A stretch of DNA of 59,397 nucleotides from Phoronis australis. Its lineage: Eukaryota; Animalia; Phoronida. Position numbers and translations under genes: made by a program. This document shows positions 10,646-24,900 of the stretch, piece by piece; the stretch's first letter is position 1; each line of letters starts with the position of its first letter. Below the pieces are notes generated by a model that was given only the letters and a program-made list of their open reading frames with translations, did not search any database and was not told where the DNA came from. Where the stretch lies: assembly GCA_002633005.1 (NCBI GenBank), contig NMRA01000696.1, positions 1 to 59,397 on the forward strand, in the 5' to 3' direction.

Positions 10646-13600
10646 CTTTGTTTTGAAGATCGTCTTCGTGTGTGAGTTAGCGAGCTCGTGCGTGTCTTCA
10701 GCATTCATTTGCCGGTGTAAACGCAATGTACTAGGCCTGACAATTTAGGTGTGCATTGTAACTAAAGAAATAACACAAGCAATATCACGAAAATGCGTTT
10801 TATTGAGGGCTTGCTGATCAGCTATACTGTTAAAACGTGCAAGAAATGTCTCAGTATGGCCTAAGGCCGAATGACATTGAGTTGCCGGGTGACTGGATGT
10901 GTGACAGTATGAGTTATTTTCTGGGAGATTCGGGGGCAGAGGTGTCCACTATAAGTGGGGCATTTTATCAGGTATTATACTTTAAAAACACCAATTATTA
11001 ATACATTAAACAAGTGATTAATAAAGCAATCCCTTTTGAAAATAATGCAACAGTAATTACGTCATTACAAATTTTCCGAAATTAGTGCTAATATTTAATT
11101 CTTGCGGATATGCTGCACGTAGTTTTATGGATAGTTCCTGAAGAGTAATGTCTGCGATGACAAGTGACAGGTTGTAGCGCGCGCTTCCTGGCCACATGCT
11201 TTTCACAATTTTTTTATTCATTAGACTGTCGTCAGCTGAATGGGCACTTCGAGTACGATTCGCGGTTTTCACGTGTAGGTCGTACAAAGTGTCAAAAAGT
11301 AAGTCACACCAGACCAGTTCAGTGTATATTTTTGAAACATATATAAATACCTCCAGTGGAGATGTTAAGGCTATAGACTAGAGAAAAGACAATGTTGACT
11401 ACTGATAATGAACTCTAGAAATTTGCATGGAGTTTGGAATTGGTAATGTGGAGATCACTGCCATACCACAGTTTAATGGTCATGGTACGTTTAAAAGCAA
11501 CTGCAAGCTACCCTTATGCAGTGAAACTACAAAAAATGCGAAGTTCGTCAGAAGGTAAGCCTAACTTAAATTTCTTAATGGTGCAGTAATGCATTAATTT
11601 GGCTTAGACACAGCCCTGCACCAACTGGAGCTAACTGGTTGCCTTGGACAAGATGGGTGTGTACTTGAGCTATAAACTTGAGTTTGTTAATCGAAATATT
11701 TCATTCGAAGATTAGAAAAGCATAGATATTGCTATCGACTCGACCTACTTGACTCGGGGAGTCCCATGGGCAGTTGTGACCTATTTTTCACTTGGCAGAT
11801 TTTAGCAGATGACAGAATAAAAATATCGGTGAATTTTCACTGGTTTTGTTCAAAAGATCATAAAATATATGGCATTGTACAGATAATTCGACTTTAGGTA
11901 CATACCCAGCTTTACATGAACATATCGCATCGGTGGCCTTGTCATTTGTCAGGTGAAGGTGAACGCTATGTGGGGTTCTTCAGATTTTTGATGGCTCCTC
12001 GGACACTTATTTTTTCATCGTCACCTTTGCAAATTCCCACGTCATAAACGTAGGATTCTTTGAAAAGCACCGCCTGTTGTTTTTGTCAAAGTGTTTTCGG
12101 ATAGTGCTAAAAACACTCATCGATTCCACCAGGAATGCCGTTTAGCGAGAGTGTATTTACCTCTGACGTCTTGTTTGTTTGTCGTGATTTTTCGCAAGGG
12201 GGCAGAGCTTGTGATAGGTCAATAACATCGTCCTGAATGCCACAGGTATTCAGGGGCAATAGTACATCCCCATGAAAAGTTACACATCACAAAATACAGC
12301 CAAAAGTCTAAAGAATCGTGCATACACACACACACATAATATAATGAGCACATACCGTGACTCCGGATACATTTTAGTCAACATAACTTGAACATATCCA
12401 TAAAAATCTGTTGTTAACGGTGACCAAAAAGTGGAGTTGTAACTCGAGCAAATACTCCCGTAATCAAACATTTTTTCAACCATTCTTTTAGTTTTCCCAA
12501 ATTGGCAGGTTGCCATTTTTACCCCTGCATGCGCTCCTGGCAGGCACGGTAGAAATAGGAGCACACCTTCCCTACCTGAAATTTAGTAAATAAGAGACAT
12601 GTGAGAGCATGCTAGCACTAGTTTATTATTGGATGTTTCTATTAGTTATCAATCTTAACCAAATGGTCCTTGAAGACTAAATACTGCTGCATGTTATCAA
12701 CTTCTATCAACTATGCAGTATGGTAAAGTATAGTTGTCATTTTTTTATTTTTTCAAAAGCTTGGCCTTGTTGAGAGTGCTCAACATTTCATCACATATTT
12801 GTTGATGACAGCAACACTAAATAATGAAGCAAAGTTTTCTTCCTGTTCTATTTTTGTTGAAAACTTGTAGAATTTCACTATTTCACCATGTGTTCTAATT
12901 TGAAGAACCATTACCCTAAGCCTGCACCAGTTATCAGCCTTAACCAAATGTTTCAAATACTGCATACCAGTGCCTGGGTTTTGCTGCAGGTTATAAATCT
13001 AACGAAATGCCTTGAAGACTGCACACACCTGCATATTGTAATTCTTAACCACTTATGCCTAATTGTATGTTACAAATGTTTCATTTATTTACAAAGAATA
13101 TTGAATCAGCAAAATCACATTCTATTTCCACAACAATATTTGTCATGTCAAGTGTACAATAGAACCAGGAAGTAAACTCACATTTTTCAGCAGTTGAAAT
13201 AATTTAGGTCATTCATTTCAGGTTGATAAAACTTAATACATAAATGAGTCTTGTTAAATGTGACTGTCTCTTACTAAACGAAACATATTATGTATTATCA
13301 TTTGACCATTTCCCCCTCTCCCCATGGTGAAATTGACCTACTTGTGTTGGCCAAGTGACTCAGAGTTTAAAGTGAAGCCAGGTGGTGGCTTTAGTTATGA
13401 CCTTTGTATATTTGCATGTTATAAGTTGTGAAAGGTTGTGCCACTCCTGTTTGGACTCTCCTTGTCTCACCAGGACAGGAGGTTGGTTTGTGATTACACT
13501 GTCATCTTTCATTAAGCACTCCTTTTACTTATCAGTTGGGTTTGTATTCCAAGTGATAAAAAACACTATCAACCTCTCCTCTCACTATGTGTTGTTCAGA

Positions 13601-14950
13601 GGCTCATGTTGCAGCAACAAGGTAATTGTGTTGTGTAGGCTCATGTTGCAACAATGTGATGTTGCAAGAAGGTGTCATGGGCAGTTTTTTTCTTGCCTGT
13701 TGTTTTGTGCATTTCTGTTTCAACGTATTGAACATTCTTGTTTGTGTTTTCATGCCTTTTATAAGCACCATTTGATAACAGCCACTAGCCAGAGGGCTGA
13801 CTGTGGTGATCGAGATTGTTTTTCTGCATGATAATGTGAACCAATTCTATCTGGCAGTGTCCTTCAGAACATGTGGGTACATGTGTGTCTCTGTGAGGTC
13901 AGAGATAGCGTATACCTATTTCAATACCTAAAAATCATGAAAAAGTCACTATATCGTCCGGATGAGGTTTAGGAACAATCAGAGGCAGAGTTATATTAGG
14001 AATAGTAATATAATTATGCTTTATTGCATATACAAGATACAGTAGGAGATGCAGATGTCACCAAAAACACTTACATAGAATCTGCGGACATGGTATAAAA
14101 ATGATATTGAAAGTGTGACGAGTGACTGAGACAGCCTTTGAAAAATGTGAACGGGTATAGTTTTAGAAGTGGCTGAAATGATTGCGTGTAAGTGCATCCA
14201 ACGTATGACAAGCGTGACGGGGTGCTCTGCAGAACTTTTAGTTAAATGAAAGGGTTTGAAGTGACCTTAATGTAAGTGTAAGGCATACGAATAGCACTAT
14301 GAGGTAGAACAATATTTTAAGTTATTCTATAGACGCTGGAATATGGACTGCCCTGCTCAAATGTATAGTTGGAATTTTTATAGTCTCTGGTCACGAGGGC
14401 ATTGGCTGATGGAGCGTCGTTGTATAGAACTCTGAATCAGAGCCAGGATTATTTTATATAGCGTACCATATATGGCAATCACAGCAAGACAAAAACTCCG
14501 CAACCATCTAGCAACAATCAGTCCTAAATCACTCAAAGTACTGTAAGCCTAAAAGACCGGCAGAGACCCCTGCAGATAGTTAATCTGATGTCCAGACGGT
14601 GGCCTCGCTGGTTCCCTGTTCAGTCAGTTGTTTGTGGTAGCTACAATATAAAACTTATAAACCTGATTGCCTGTTGCGAAGTTTCTGCTTCACAACTCAG
14701 TCAGTCTCGTGCTGGTAGCAAAATTACTCTTATGGAATTAAAGTTTAACTTAATACTGCCCACACAGCACAGTGTTAGTAGATTTACTGTGTAATAATCC
14801 TTTCTCACTTGAGAATAAATGTGAAGGTGTGTTTGGCTTTGCCATGCATCATTGGCAACAGGAGGCTTCTAAAACCACTTCAATCTCTGACCTTTTTGGG
14901 AGGGGGCACAGTTGTTTTGATGTTTTTGATATTGAAAACCATTGTATGGA

Positions 14951-16506
14951 TTTTTATGCACCCGCATATTTATATGTGTGTGCATATTGCAGTCATCTCT
15001 GTCTGGGGGTCCGGTATCCACAGCTGTATCTGCTAAACCCCTCTCAGGATCTTTATGAGATTTGGTACGTCTGTTCCTATGAAGCTGGCAATGGATGATG
15101 ATTAATTTCAGACCTCTCCGACTACCGATGTGCCCCCTAGTAGTAATTTTATTTTTTGCCTTCACCTCAGTCTGTATCGTTGGAGGTCCTCAACAGATTT
15201 TCATAAAACATAGCAGATAGGTATATATTAGTGAGATGACTCTATCCTCCCATTTTCAGATTTATTCAAAGTACTTTGCGCTACCTAGTGGCCATTTTTA
15301 CTGTTTTTGAGTCTGTTTTTTGGCACCCGTCCTTCTATCAACCAAACTGATCTAGGGATAATGAAAATTGGCATATGTTCTCACTGTGAAGAGAGCAGGT
15401 GATGATGATTTTCTGACAACTTCGGCTGCTGTGGCGCCTCTTAGTGGTAGTTTTGTTTGTTTTTGTGCCCATGGCTATATTTCCGAAACGCTGTACGGGA
15501 TATAGCTTTTAGTTTATTTAATATATGAAGTTGACAACATACGACGACGACTTTCGAAAGGATCGGACTACATGTGTGCCCCCTAGCGGCAATTTTAGTT
15601 TTTTATGTTAACTGTATCTTCAAAGGTAATCTAGCACTTGGTCGTTTTTACGGATTTCTAGTCTGTTTTTGGCTTCCGCCCGTCTGTCAGCCAAACTACT
15701 CTAAGAATGATTATGAAAATTTNAGTACTTTGCGCCACCTAGTGGCCATTTTTACTGTTTTTGAGTCTGTTTTTTGGCACCCGTCCTTCTATCAACCAAA
15801 CTGATCTAGGGATAATGAAAATTGGCATATGTTCTCACTTTGAAGAGAGCAGGTGATGATGATTTTCTGACAACTTCGGCTGCTGTGGCGCCTCTTAGTG
15901 GTAGTTCTGTTTGTTTTTGTGCCCATGGCTATATTTCCGAAACGCTGTACGGGATATAGCTTTTAGTTTATTTAATATATGAAGTTGACAACATACGACG
16001 ACGACTTTCGAAAGGATCGGACTACATGTGTGCCCCCTAGCGGCAATTTTAGTTTTTTATGTTAACTGTATCTTCAAAGGTAATCTAGCACTTGGTCGTT
16101 TTTACGGATTTCTAGTCTGTTTTTGGCTTCCGCCCGTCTGTCAGCCAAACTACTCTAAGAATGATTATGAAAATTTACATATACGTTTTTCGTATGAAGA
16201 GGATGCTTGATGATGATTTTCCGACAACTTCATCTACTGTGGCGCCTCCTAGTGGCAGTTATGTTTTTGTGACCATAGCCTCTTAGTGGCAAATTCATTT
16301 TTTCCATTTTCTTCGATTTCTCAGAAGTTCCTTGATGGCTTTTTTTAAGTTTGGAAAATAGCTTTGATGGCATATACTAGCTTTTGAATGGTTTCAATGT
16401 ATTTTGCGCCATCTGGTGGCTATTTTTATGATACAAAAACATTCCTAGAAGCACACCGTTTGCAATGCATTTGTGGGCATATTTTAATGCTCTACCTTGC
16501 TCTTGT
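14951..16506 (+). mobile_element. Helentron/HINE (DINE-1/pearl)-like non-autonomous element, copy 1
   Basis: T-rich start, 5' sub-TIR hairpin tatgcacccgcata...tatgtgtgtgcata, degenerate internal tandem cores, 3' tgtgggcata...ttgctcttgt end; related copies at 19312 and 23643. Confidence 0.6.
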
Positions 16507-17072
16507 AAAGAATCAAAAAGTCCCAATATTTAAACTTACACATTTCCTTGAAGTTTGACTTCTGCATTCAGGTATTTCTTTAAAATTAGACATGGAATAG
16601 AAGTCACAAAAACAATTTGTTTCTTTTTGTGTTCGTATTATGCTGTCACTTTTGTACATCCATCCATCCGGCGTCTACTGCTCTATCTCCAAAACCCTTT
16701 GATGTATGTTCATGAAATTTTGCACATATGTTCATTTCATGGATGGGATGACATGAGCGAACTTGAGTAAGATTCATCATTCAACTAACGATGATGACAA
16801 ATTGATGAGTAAGATTTGCCATTTTGCGTCCACATCTTTCATTCTTTCTTAAGAACATTCTAGTGCTTGCATTTCACTGGAACATGACATTTATGCTGTT
16901 TTAACCTGCCTTCTGTCCACAAATAGTTTTTGATTTACTGGTAGACTTACTTTCTGTTGTAGACTGAATGGCGATGAGCATTTCTTTTGAAATTGTTGGT
17001 TATTCTAAATTTACGTGCATCTTTTAAACAAGTTTGTGTCTTTTCAGGATGTGAGGCATTACCTTGGTGACA

Positions 17073-18914
17073 ATGAGCAAGAAGTTCCCCCACCTTGGGT
17101 CTTCCCTTTCCAAGGGGTCCCGCAAGTCCAAGTCCTCTTCTTCGGGCCTACAAATCCACTTCAGTCCAGGCTCAGATAGTGACGAGGGCTCGGCTGAGTT
17201 GGTGACCAGCATTAAGACTCTCATCAAGTCTAAGGCATCCTCACTGGACAGTGCTTACCATGAGATAGCTGACCTCCTCCGCTCAGACTCCACAACACTT
17301 CCACACAAAAAGAGCACCAAAAAGGACAAACAGGTGAAGTCAGATGTGCGTGCTTCCAAGTCAGACGACCAGTGTAAAGTTGATAGGCACACTGATGAGT
17401 CAGGTGATCAAACCACTGCTTCAGACCCTTTGAATGTTGCGCAGGCCTCAGCTGCCTTATCAGAGCCAGTGAGGTGCACACCAGAGCCTCTGCTAGATTG
17501 TGGAGACGTTGCTGTTCATTCTACTACAGCATTTGTAAATGAAGATACAGTAGACTCGACATCGATACCTTCACGCGTTGGTAACACTGCCTCTTCATTA
17601 CTGTCACATTTGACAGAACTGCTGTCTGACCACAATATCTCTGAGCCACAGTCAACAGATCAGGCCAGTTCTGATGATGTGGAAGAACACAACACAGAGC
17701 AAGAGGTGGCCAGGGAATTAAACCGAAAACAAGATATCACTGAGAAAAGCGAGGACTTAAAATATCAAAGTTTAATGATTACTGGACAGGGGGAAGGAGT
17801 AAAGCCAGAGTGGTTTGAGTGTGGTGATGAGCCAGTTGAGGTTAGTGATGAGAAGCATCAAGTGTTGAACACTAGGGAAGGTGAGGCGCATTTAGACTAT
17901 GACCCACAGGAGGAACATGACAATGGAAATAGTGGTTCAGTGAAGATGCAGACTGAGTCAACTGGTAGTGTGACCAACCCAGTACAGATTCATCATCGCA
18001 ACAGTTCCACTGGCTCTGTTGGTATTGTGCGATCTTGGGATGATGGATCTGTGGATCCACTGACAGCGCTCAATCTAGAATCCGAAGATGAGGACTACTA
18101 TGATCATGCTGCATCACTGTCGCAACATCCCAGAGACCCACTGCTAATGGACATCCATAACTCTGATTCTTCTTCATCTCTCACATTAGGAAAAAGTGAA
18201 CCTCTTAAGCCAGTTGTGACCAAGTCGGACAGTTTCCCAACATTTTCAAATGTCTCAGATCCTGCAGTTTTGAGACATAAGTCAGACTCTTTTGATATGG
18301 TTGATGATTTTTATGATGTTGAGCCGGTTGAGGAGTTTGGTGGCGCTGTCAATACACATAACATATCTCAGTCATTGCCTAGCTCACCCACTCATGTGAC
18401 TCACCATGGCAACGCTGGCTTGAAACAGGCACTGAAGCGAAAGCTGAAGAAAAGTGCACCTGCCAAAGTTAATATCAAACCTCTCCAGTTTAGCAGCCTG
18501 GTGAAGAATCAGGTGTCGCATGACCAGAAGGAAGGCAGCCCAGATAGTGTGGACAAGGAATCACTAGATGGGCTTGAGATGGACAAAGGGGTGCTAAATA
18601 AGAACCAGTCTTCCAACCGCAGTCTCATTGACTACATTCCTGAATACCCTGCCCCCCTACCCTGGTATCATATCATCAGTTTCACCATGTGTATTTTCGC
18701 TTACATGATTTTGCCTATTCCTTCATTTATGTCTGGCTTGATACTTGGTGCTGTCGTGACGTTCCTTTGTCTCCGATTCTACATGTGGCTCATTGAGCCC
18801 GGGCCAGTTGTGAGTCGCATTATGTTGCAGAACATTGATGTGCTGCCACCGTTGGAAGTGCCTGAAACTCACCAGACAAACTTTGAGACCAAAGACAATA
18901 ACATCATTTATGAG
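17073..18914 (+). CDS. TEX2: TEX2 first coding exon (Ser/Asp-rich disordered region + TM hairpin)
   Basis: Acceptor ttttcag at 17041-17047. In-frame ATG-TGA at 17049 precedes the ATG at 17073. Hydrophobic segment WYHIISFTMCIFAYMILPIPSFMSGLILGAVVTFLCL. Donor GAG|gtagac. Confidence 0.9.
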
Positions 18915-21900
18915 GTAGACATGTGAAAATGGTTGTGTTAGATGTACAGTTAAACTTTCATAAGTCCGATATGCATAAGTTGTATTTTCGCTTAATTCGA
19001 AAAACGTACCACAGCACAGTTGCTTTGGGTTTTGTACATTTGGCCTTTCATTTAAGTCAAATTTGGCCTTTCAGTTAAGTCAAATTTGGCCTTTCAGTTA
19101 AGTCAAATTTGGGCTTTCAGTTAAGTCAAAATTGGCCATTCAGTTACGTCAAATTTCACTTTGCAGTCAGATCAGACTCATGCAAGTTTCACTGTAGTTT
19201 TGTTTTACTTAAAATTCGCCAATTGAACTTATGATGTTTTAACATCATCTTTAAAAGAATCTTGTGATAAGCTGTTTTTGATGGATTGCTATAATTTTAA
19301 TACGCATTCTATTTTTATATGCCCGCACATATGTATGTGGGTGCATTATGCTATCTATCAGTCGCAGTCCAGCATTTACAACTGCTTCTCTAAAACTCCC
19401 CATTGTATGTTCTGGAAATTTTGGAGGTATTTTCCAATCATGGATGGTATGGCATGAGTGAATTTTCTGGTAGACCCAACGACTGGTGTGCCCATTTGTG
19501 GCATTTTTTGACAGATTTTCATGAAATTTGGCTGATAATTTATTATATAGACGATGGCCATTTTACTGTTTTTGCCTGTCTATTCACCAAACTGCAAAAG
19601 AATCATTATGAAAATTAGCAGATGTGTTTTAACTGAGAAAAGCAGGGTCGATGTTAATTCTCAGACAACTCTGAGTACTGTGCTGCCCCCAATTGGCAAT
19701 CTTCCTTTTTTCTCCTGCTATATCTTCTAACCCCCTTACAGGATTTTCATTTAATATACCCATTGTGTTTCATGGAGTGTTGCAACAGTTGGCTACTAAA
19801 ATTGGACGGATCCAACAACCATGGTGCCCCCTAGTGGCAGTTTTATCCTTTTCTGTATCTTTGTGCTCGTTGATGGATTTTTATAAAATTTGACTAATAA
19901 ATTTCTGTTAAACAGACAATGACACATTCCCTATTTCTGATGGATCCATTTAGTGACAATTTTTGTTATTTTCAAGCCTGCTTTTTGGCATTCAGCTAGC
20001 TATTGAACAAATTACTTCAAGGATGATTTTGAAAGTTAGCATGTATGTTCCTTCTGGATAGAGTATGGCTGATGTTTTTCAGATGGGTTTAACTTCTGTG
20101 GTGCCGCTTAGTGGCCATTTTGATTTTTGTCTGTGGGTCGATATCTACGAAGTTCCTTGATCAATCCTCATGGATTTTGGTATATATTTGTATAGAGGAA
20201 AATGCCACTGACGTGGATTTTGGGACAAATACATCTCTGTGGAGTCTCCTAGTGACATTTTTTTTGTGTCTACCTTGATTTTTATCAGTTGCTTTGGTAG
20301 ATGTTCATGAAATTAACAAAATGTTACTATCACGTATAATATAACACTTGCCTTGTTTGTTTCAGTCAGATTTCACGGGCATTGTGAAACCTAGTAGCCT
20401 TTTTATTAATTTTGTGTTTTTTGCTTGTTGTCAACCTCCCTATCCAAGTTACTTGAAAACTTGAAAAATCGTGATGAAAGGTGGCATGTGTGTTCCTGTT
20501 GAGGGGAGCATTTATGAATTGCTTTTCTAATACCTAGTATTGCTTCCTCTAATGTGAATGTAACATCACCGCTCTGAGATGCTCTTGTTTGGATCAGTTT
20601 TCAAAGTAACATGCTTGGGCAATAGTTGACTGCAAGACGGTGAATGCAACATTTTAAGTAAGCATTTAGCAAAAATTCTAATCAGAAAGGTTATTATTTT
20701 GACTTCAGGATGAAATACTCACTCTCAAATTCAACTTTTAAATGCTATCTCCCATTTTTTCAGGGTTGGATGAATGAGTTGACCCGGGAATATGACTTCA
20801 TAACATATCACGTCAGTGAAACCTACTCTGTCTTTCTAAAATTAGAAGGAACGATGCTAAGATTGCGCCGACCAAAAACCAATGTTCCAAGGCACCATGT
20901 TTGGTATGAACAAACTCAAACATCTCCTTTTGTGCATCAGCGACACTATGACTTGAGAGGGTGCCATATATTCCTGAGACCTGAAGGCCTTGTGAAAAAA
21001 CGTGTGTGGAGTAAAAAGTATCCGATTTGTATCATTTTGAAAAAGATGCATTCTTCTTTGAAAGTTCCAGAAGCTCATCCTACCAATGGTGGTATGTCTA
21101 CATCAAATGGTGGTTCCCAGAAGACTAGTGTTGAATTTAAGGACCAGGACCGACCAAAGGTGTCTGAAGAGAAGAAACGAGATAGAAGTCCTTTTAGGAA
21201 AAGCTTTCAAAAGGACAAGGATAAAGCATCAAAGGATAGTGATTTTGTGATGGTGCCCAAGGATGGTTGTGTAGAAACTTTATTCCTGTTTGCCCGTACT
21301 TGTCGGGAGAAAGAGGAGTGGTTTTATAGGCTCAAAGCTGCATCCAAGGGCCAGCCGCTGATTAAGACACTAAAGAGTGTCATTGAAGACGTCCAGAATT
21401 CCAGCTTAGCGTGTCCATCACTAATATCAGCACCAACTGTTCCAGCTGAGACAGACAGACGTCTGTCATCTCAAACCTCCCATACCAGCATGTCACCAAG
21501 TGCCTCCAGTGAGACTTTATTAAAAAGTGGGAAAGAAATGTCATGTTTGCTGACTACCCCACAGGAACTGCTAGAAGAGTAAGTGTTCTGCAAAGCCACG
21601 AAATTAGTTCAAAGTGCATTGCATCAATGTACCACTTCTTTAATACAAAAGGTATATTTTTTATTCAGAGGTTTTATTTCTACTTAGGGTTTTATCACTG
21701 CTTTACATTTTTAAAAAATCCTGGAGTTACAATTTGAATGTATTTCCTAGACAATGACGCAATTTTTATTAGGCATTGGTGGAAAGTTGACAGTGGCTAC
21801 ACGCCTACCAGACACACCAGTTGACAGTGGCCTCACAACTAACAAACACACAAGTTGACAGTGGCCACACTCCTACCAAACACACAAGTTGACAGTGGCC

Positions 21901-24900
21901 ACACGCCTACCAGACACACAAGTTGACAGTGGCCACACTCCTACCAGACACACAAGTTGACAGTGGCCACATGCCTACCAGACACACAAGTTGACAGTGG
22001 CCACATGCCTACCAGACGCACAAGTTGACAGTGGCCACATGCCTACCAGACACACCAGTTGACAGTGGCCACATGCCTACCAGACACACAAGTTGACAGT
22101 GGCCACATGCCTACCAGACACACAAGTTGACAGTGGCCACATGCCTACCAGACACACAAGTTGACAGTGGCCACATGCCTACCAGACACACAAGTTGACA
22201 GTGGCCACATGCCTACCAGACACACAAGTTGACAGTGGCCACATGCCTACCAGACACACAAGTTGACAGTGGCCACATGCCTACCAGACACACAAGTTGA
22301 CAGTGGCCACATGCCTACCAGACACACAAGTTGACAGTGGCCACATGCCTACCAGACACACAAGTTGACAGTGGCCACATGCCTACCAGACACACAAGTT
22401 GACAGTGGCCACATGCCTACCAGACACACAAGTTGACAGTGGCCACATGCCTACCAGACACACAAGTTGACAGTGGGCACATGCCTACCAGACACACAAG
22501 TTGACAGTGGCCACATGCCTACCAGACACACCAGTTGACAGTGGCCACATGCCTACCAGACACACAAGTTGACAGTGGCCACATGCCTACCAGACACACA
22601 AGTTGACAATGGCCACATGCCTACCAGACACACCAGTTGACAGTGGCCACATGCCTACCAGACACACAAGTTGACAGTGGCCACATGCCTACCAGATGCA
22701 CCAGTTGACAGTGGCCACATGCCTACCAAACACACAAATTGACAGTGGCCACACGCCTAACAGACACACAAGTTTTTGATGCTCTATAAAGTGCCCGTTT
22801 AACAAAAATGTGATCTCAGTTGTCACACATTTTCTTTTGTGTCCTCGTATTTTTTCATTTCCTTCTTATAGCGGTCTTCACATTTTACTGGACGCTCGCT
22901 CATTTGCCAGAATCCTGTGAAGACCTTGGGAGTGTGATGTTTACAACTAGATTTGAATGTTTAGCGCATAAAGAAGCTGAAGCAGTTAAGACTTGATGCT
23001 TTTAATTTGTAAATTTTCAATAGCACCAAGTTCTTTAATAACCAGTGCAGTACAACATATCTTTGATTTGCACAGTGTTTTCTTTCTGTCCTCAGGTATG
23101 TGACCTACATGGGTCGTCTGATGCCTGCCAAGCCCAAGAGAATGTTTGGTAGCAGCCCCTTGGCTCCTCATCACAGCATCTCATGTGACTCACAGTTGAT
23201 GTGGCTCAATGCTCTTATTGGTCGACTGTTCTTCGACTTCTTACGGATAGGCCATTGGAAAAATAAAGTCAGGGAAAAAATACAAAAGAAACTCAACAAA
23301 ATTCATGTGAGTGGAAGCAGACAAAAATTACGAATTTCCATATTTAGTTCTTAATTTGGGGATAATTTTTCAGATTGTAGAATTCATTATAGACTATTTC
23401 ATGTGTAAGAAAGAAATTAAGTAAGGTAGTGTCACAGTCAAGGTTATTGATCAAAAGCAAAATTAGGGTTTCCATTGTAATTGTGAAAATTGTCTTTGCC
23501 ATTGTGACACCACTTAACGATTAAGAATTTGCATGTCAATGCACCCAATCACGGCCTCAGTATTTGTTTAATTTTTAGTAGCATACTCATTCATAGTAAC
23601 ACCCTATGCTTGGTTTACTGTCCTCATCTGAAATTTCCAATGTTTATGTGTCCACGTATTTATATGCGGGCGCATTATGCCGTCATTCCTGTCCGTCTGC
23701 CATCTGATGTCCTCTACTGTATCTCCAAAATGGTTTGATATATGTTCATGAAATTTTGCACACTTGTTTCTTTCATGGTTGGGACTGCATGAATAAAGTT
23801 TCGGACAGATCCGACTACCAGTGTGCCTCCTAGTGGCAATTTTAGTTTTTTACGTTTACCTCTCTGTCTTCAAAGATCTTGAACAGATTTTCATAAAATT
23901 TGATAAATAGGCATCTATAGTTGATGCTACACTCCATTTTCGAAAAGATTCAAAGTATTTTTCATCATCTGGTGACCATTTTTAGTGTTTTCGAGTTGGC
24001 GTCTGCCCCTCTATCGACTATTTAATAAAGATACTGCAGAGGGTTTGGGGGATACAGTCATGGGCACAAAAAAAAGAAATTACCACTAGGAGGCATCATA
24101 GTAGACAAAATCATCGGAAAGCAAGCGTCAGTCGTCAACGGACGATGACGACTTTCAGATGGAACCGACGAACGCTGTGCCCTCTAGTGGCAATTTTATT
24201 GGTTCTTTTGTTGTCTTTTTGTCTTTGAAAGTTCTTGGCAGATTTTTCCCGGCTACAGCTGAATCTTCTAGACCCCTTACAAGATCTTTTTGAAGTTTTG
24301 CAGTTGCATTGTTATTAACTTAATAGCAGGTGGCCAAACTGGACTACCGCTGTGGTTCCTATTGGCAGTTTGTTTTTTTTCCTGTTTGCCTTTGTATCTT
24401 TGGAGTTCTTTGGCGGATTTTCGTTTTCGTGAAAGTTGGCAAATAGTTTTGAGAGACGATTACACCTTCGCATTTTTGGATGGGTTCAAAGTATTCTGTG
24501 TCATCTAATGGTCATTTTTGTGATATAAATAAACACCCTTAGAAGCACTCTGTTTGCGGTGCAGCTGTGGGTGCACTTCAACGCTCCACTTTGCTCTTCT
24601 CAGATTTCATGACTTGGAATTCTTTAAAACTCCTTGTGTCTGTGAATACTTTTCTCCAGAATTCTGTCTCCCAAAAAGTACACAAGTCACCTTTGAAATT
24701 CTTATCAGACAGTTTCAGTGAAGCCTACTCCTATCTTTGTTACAATTTATTGTCTACTATCCTCCAATCTATTGTTTGACTCTTGCTTGTCAAGTCAGAC
24801 ATCAGTGTAGCTCATTGGGTGTTTAGCTGATTGACTATTTGGGTAAGTGCCCACTCCCGAATTCTCTATAACTTTGTTTTGAAATGTACATCTTTAGTTC

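Noticed and set aside
14000-14580. Possible - strand LINE 3' end (PRDQRL-like relic, AATAAA plus short att repeats)
   Set aside because: Too degenerate to classify by eye; needs RepeatMasker or blastx.
15270-16175. 454-bp near-perfect tandem duplication
   Set aside because: The junction coincides with a single N at 15723, so it is most likely overlapping contig ends or alleles.
21785-22773. CRISPR-like 34-bp periodic array
   Set aside because: Units are head-to-tail with no unique spacers, there are no cas genes, and it lies in a eukaryotic intron; ordinary minisatellite.
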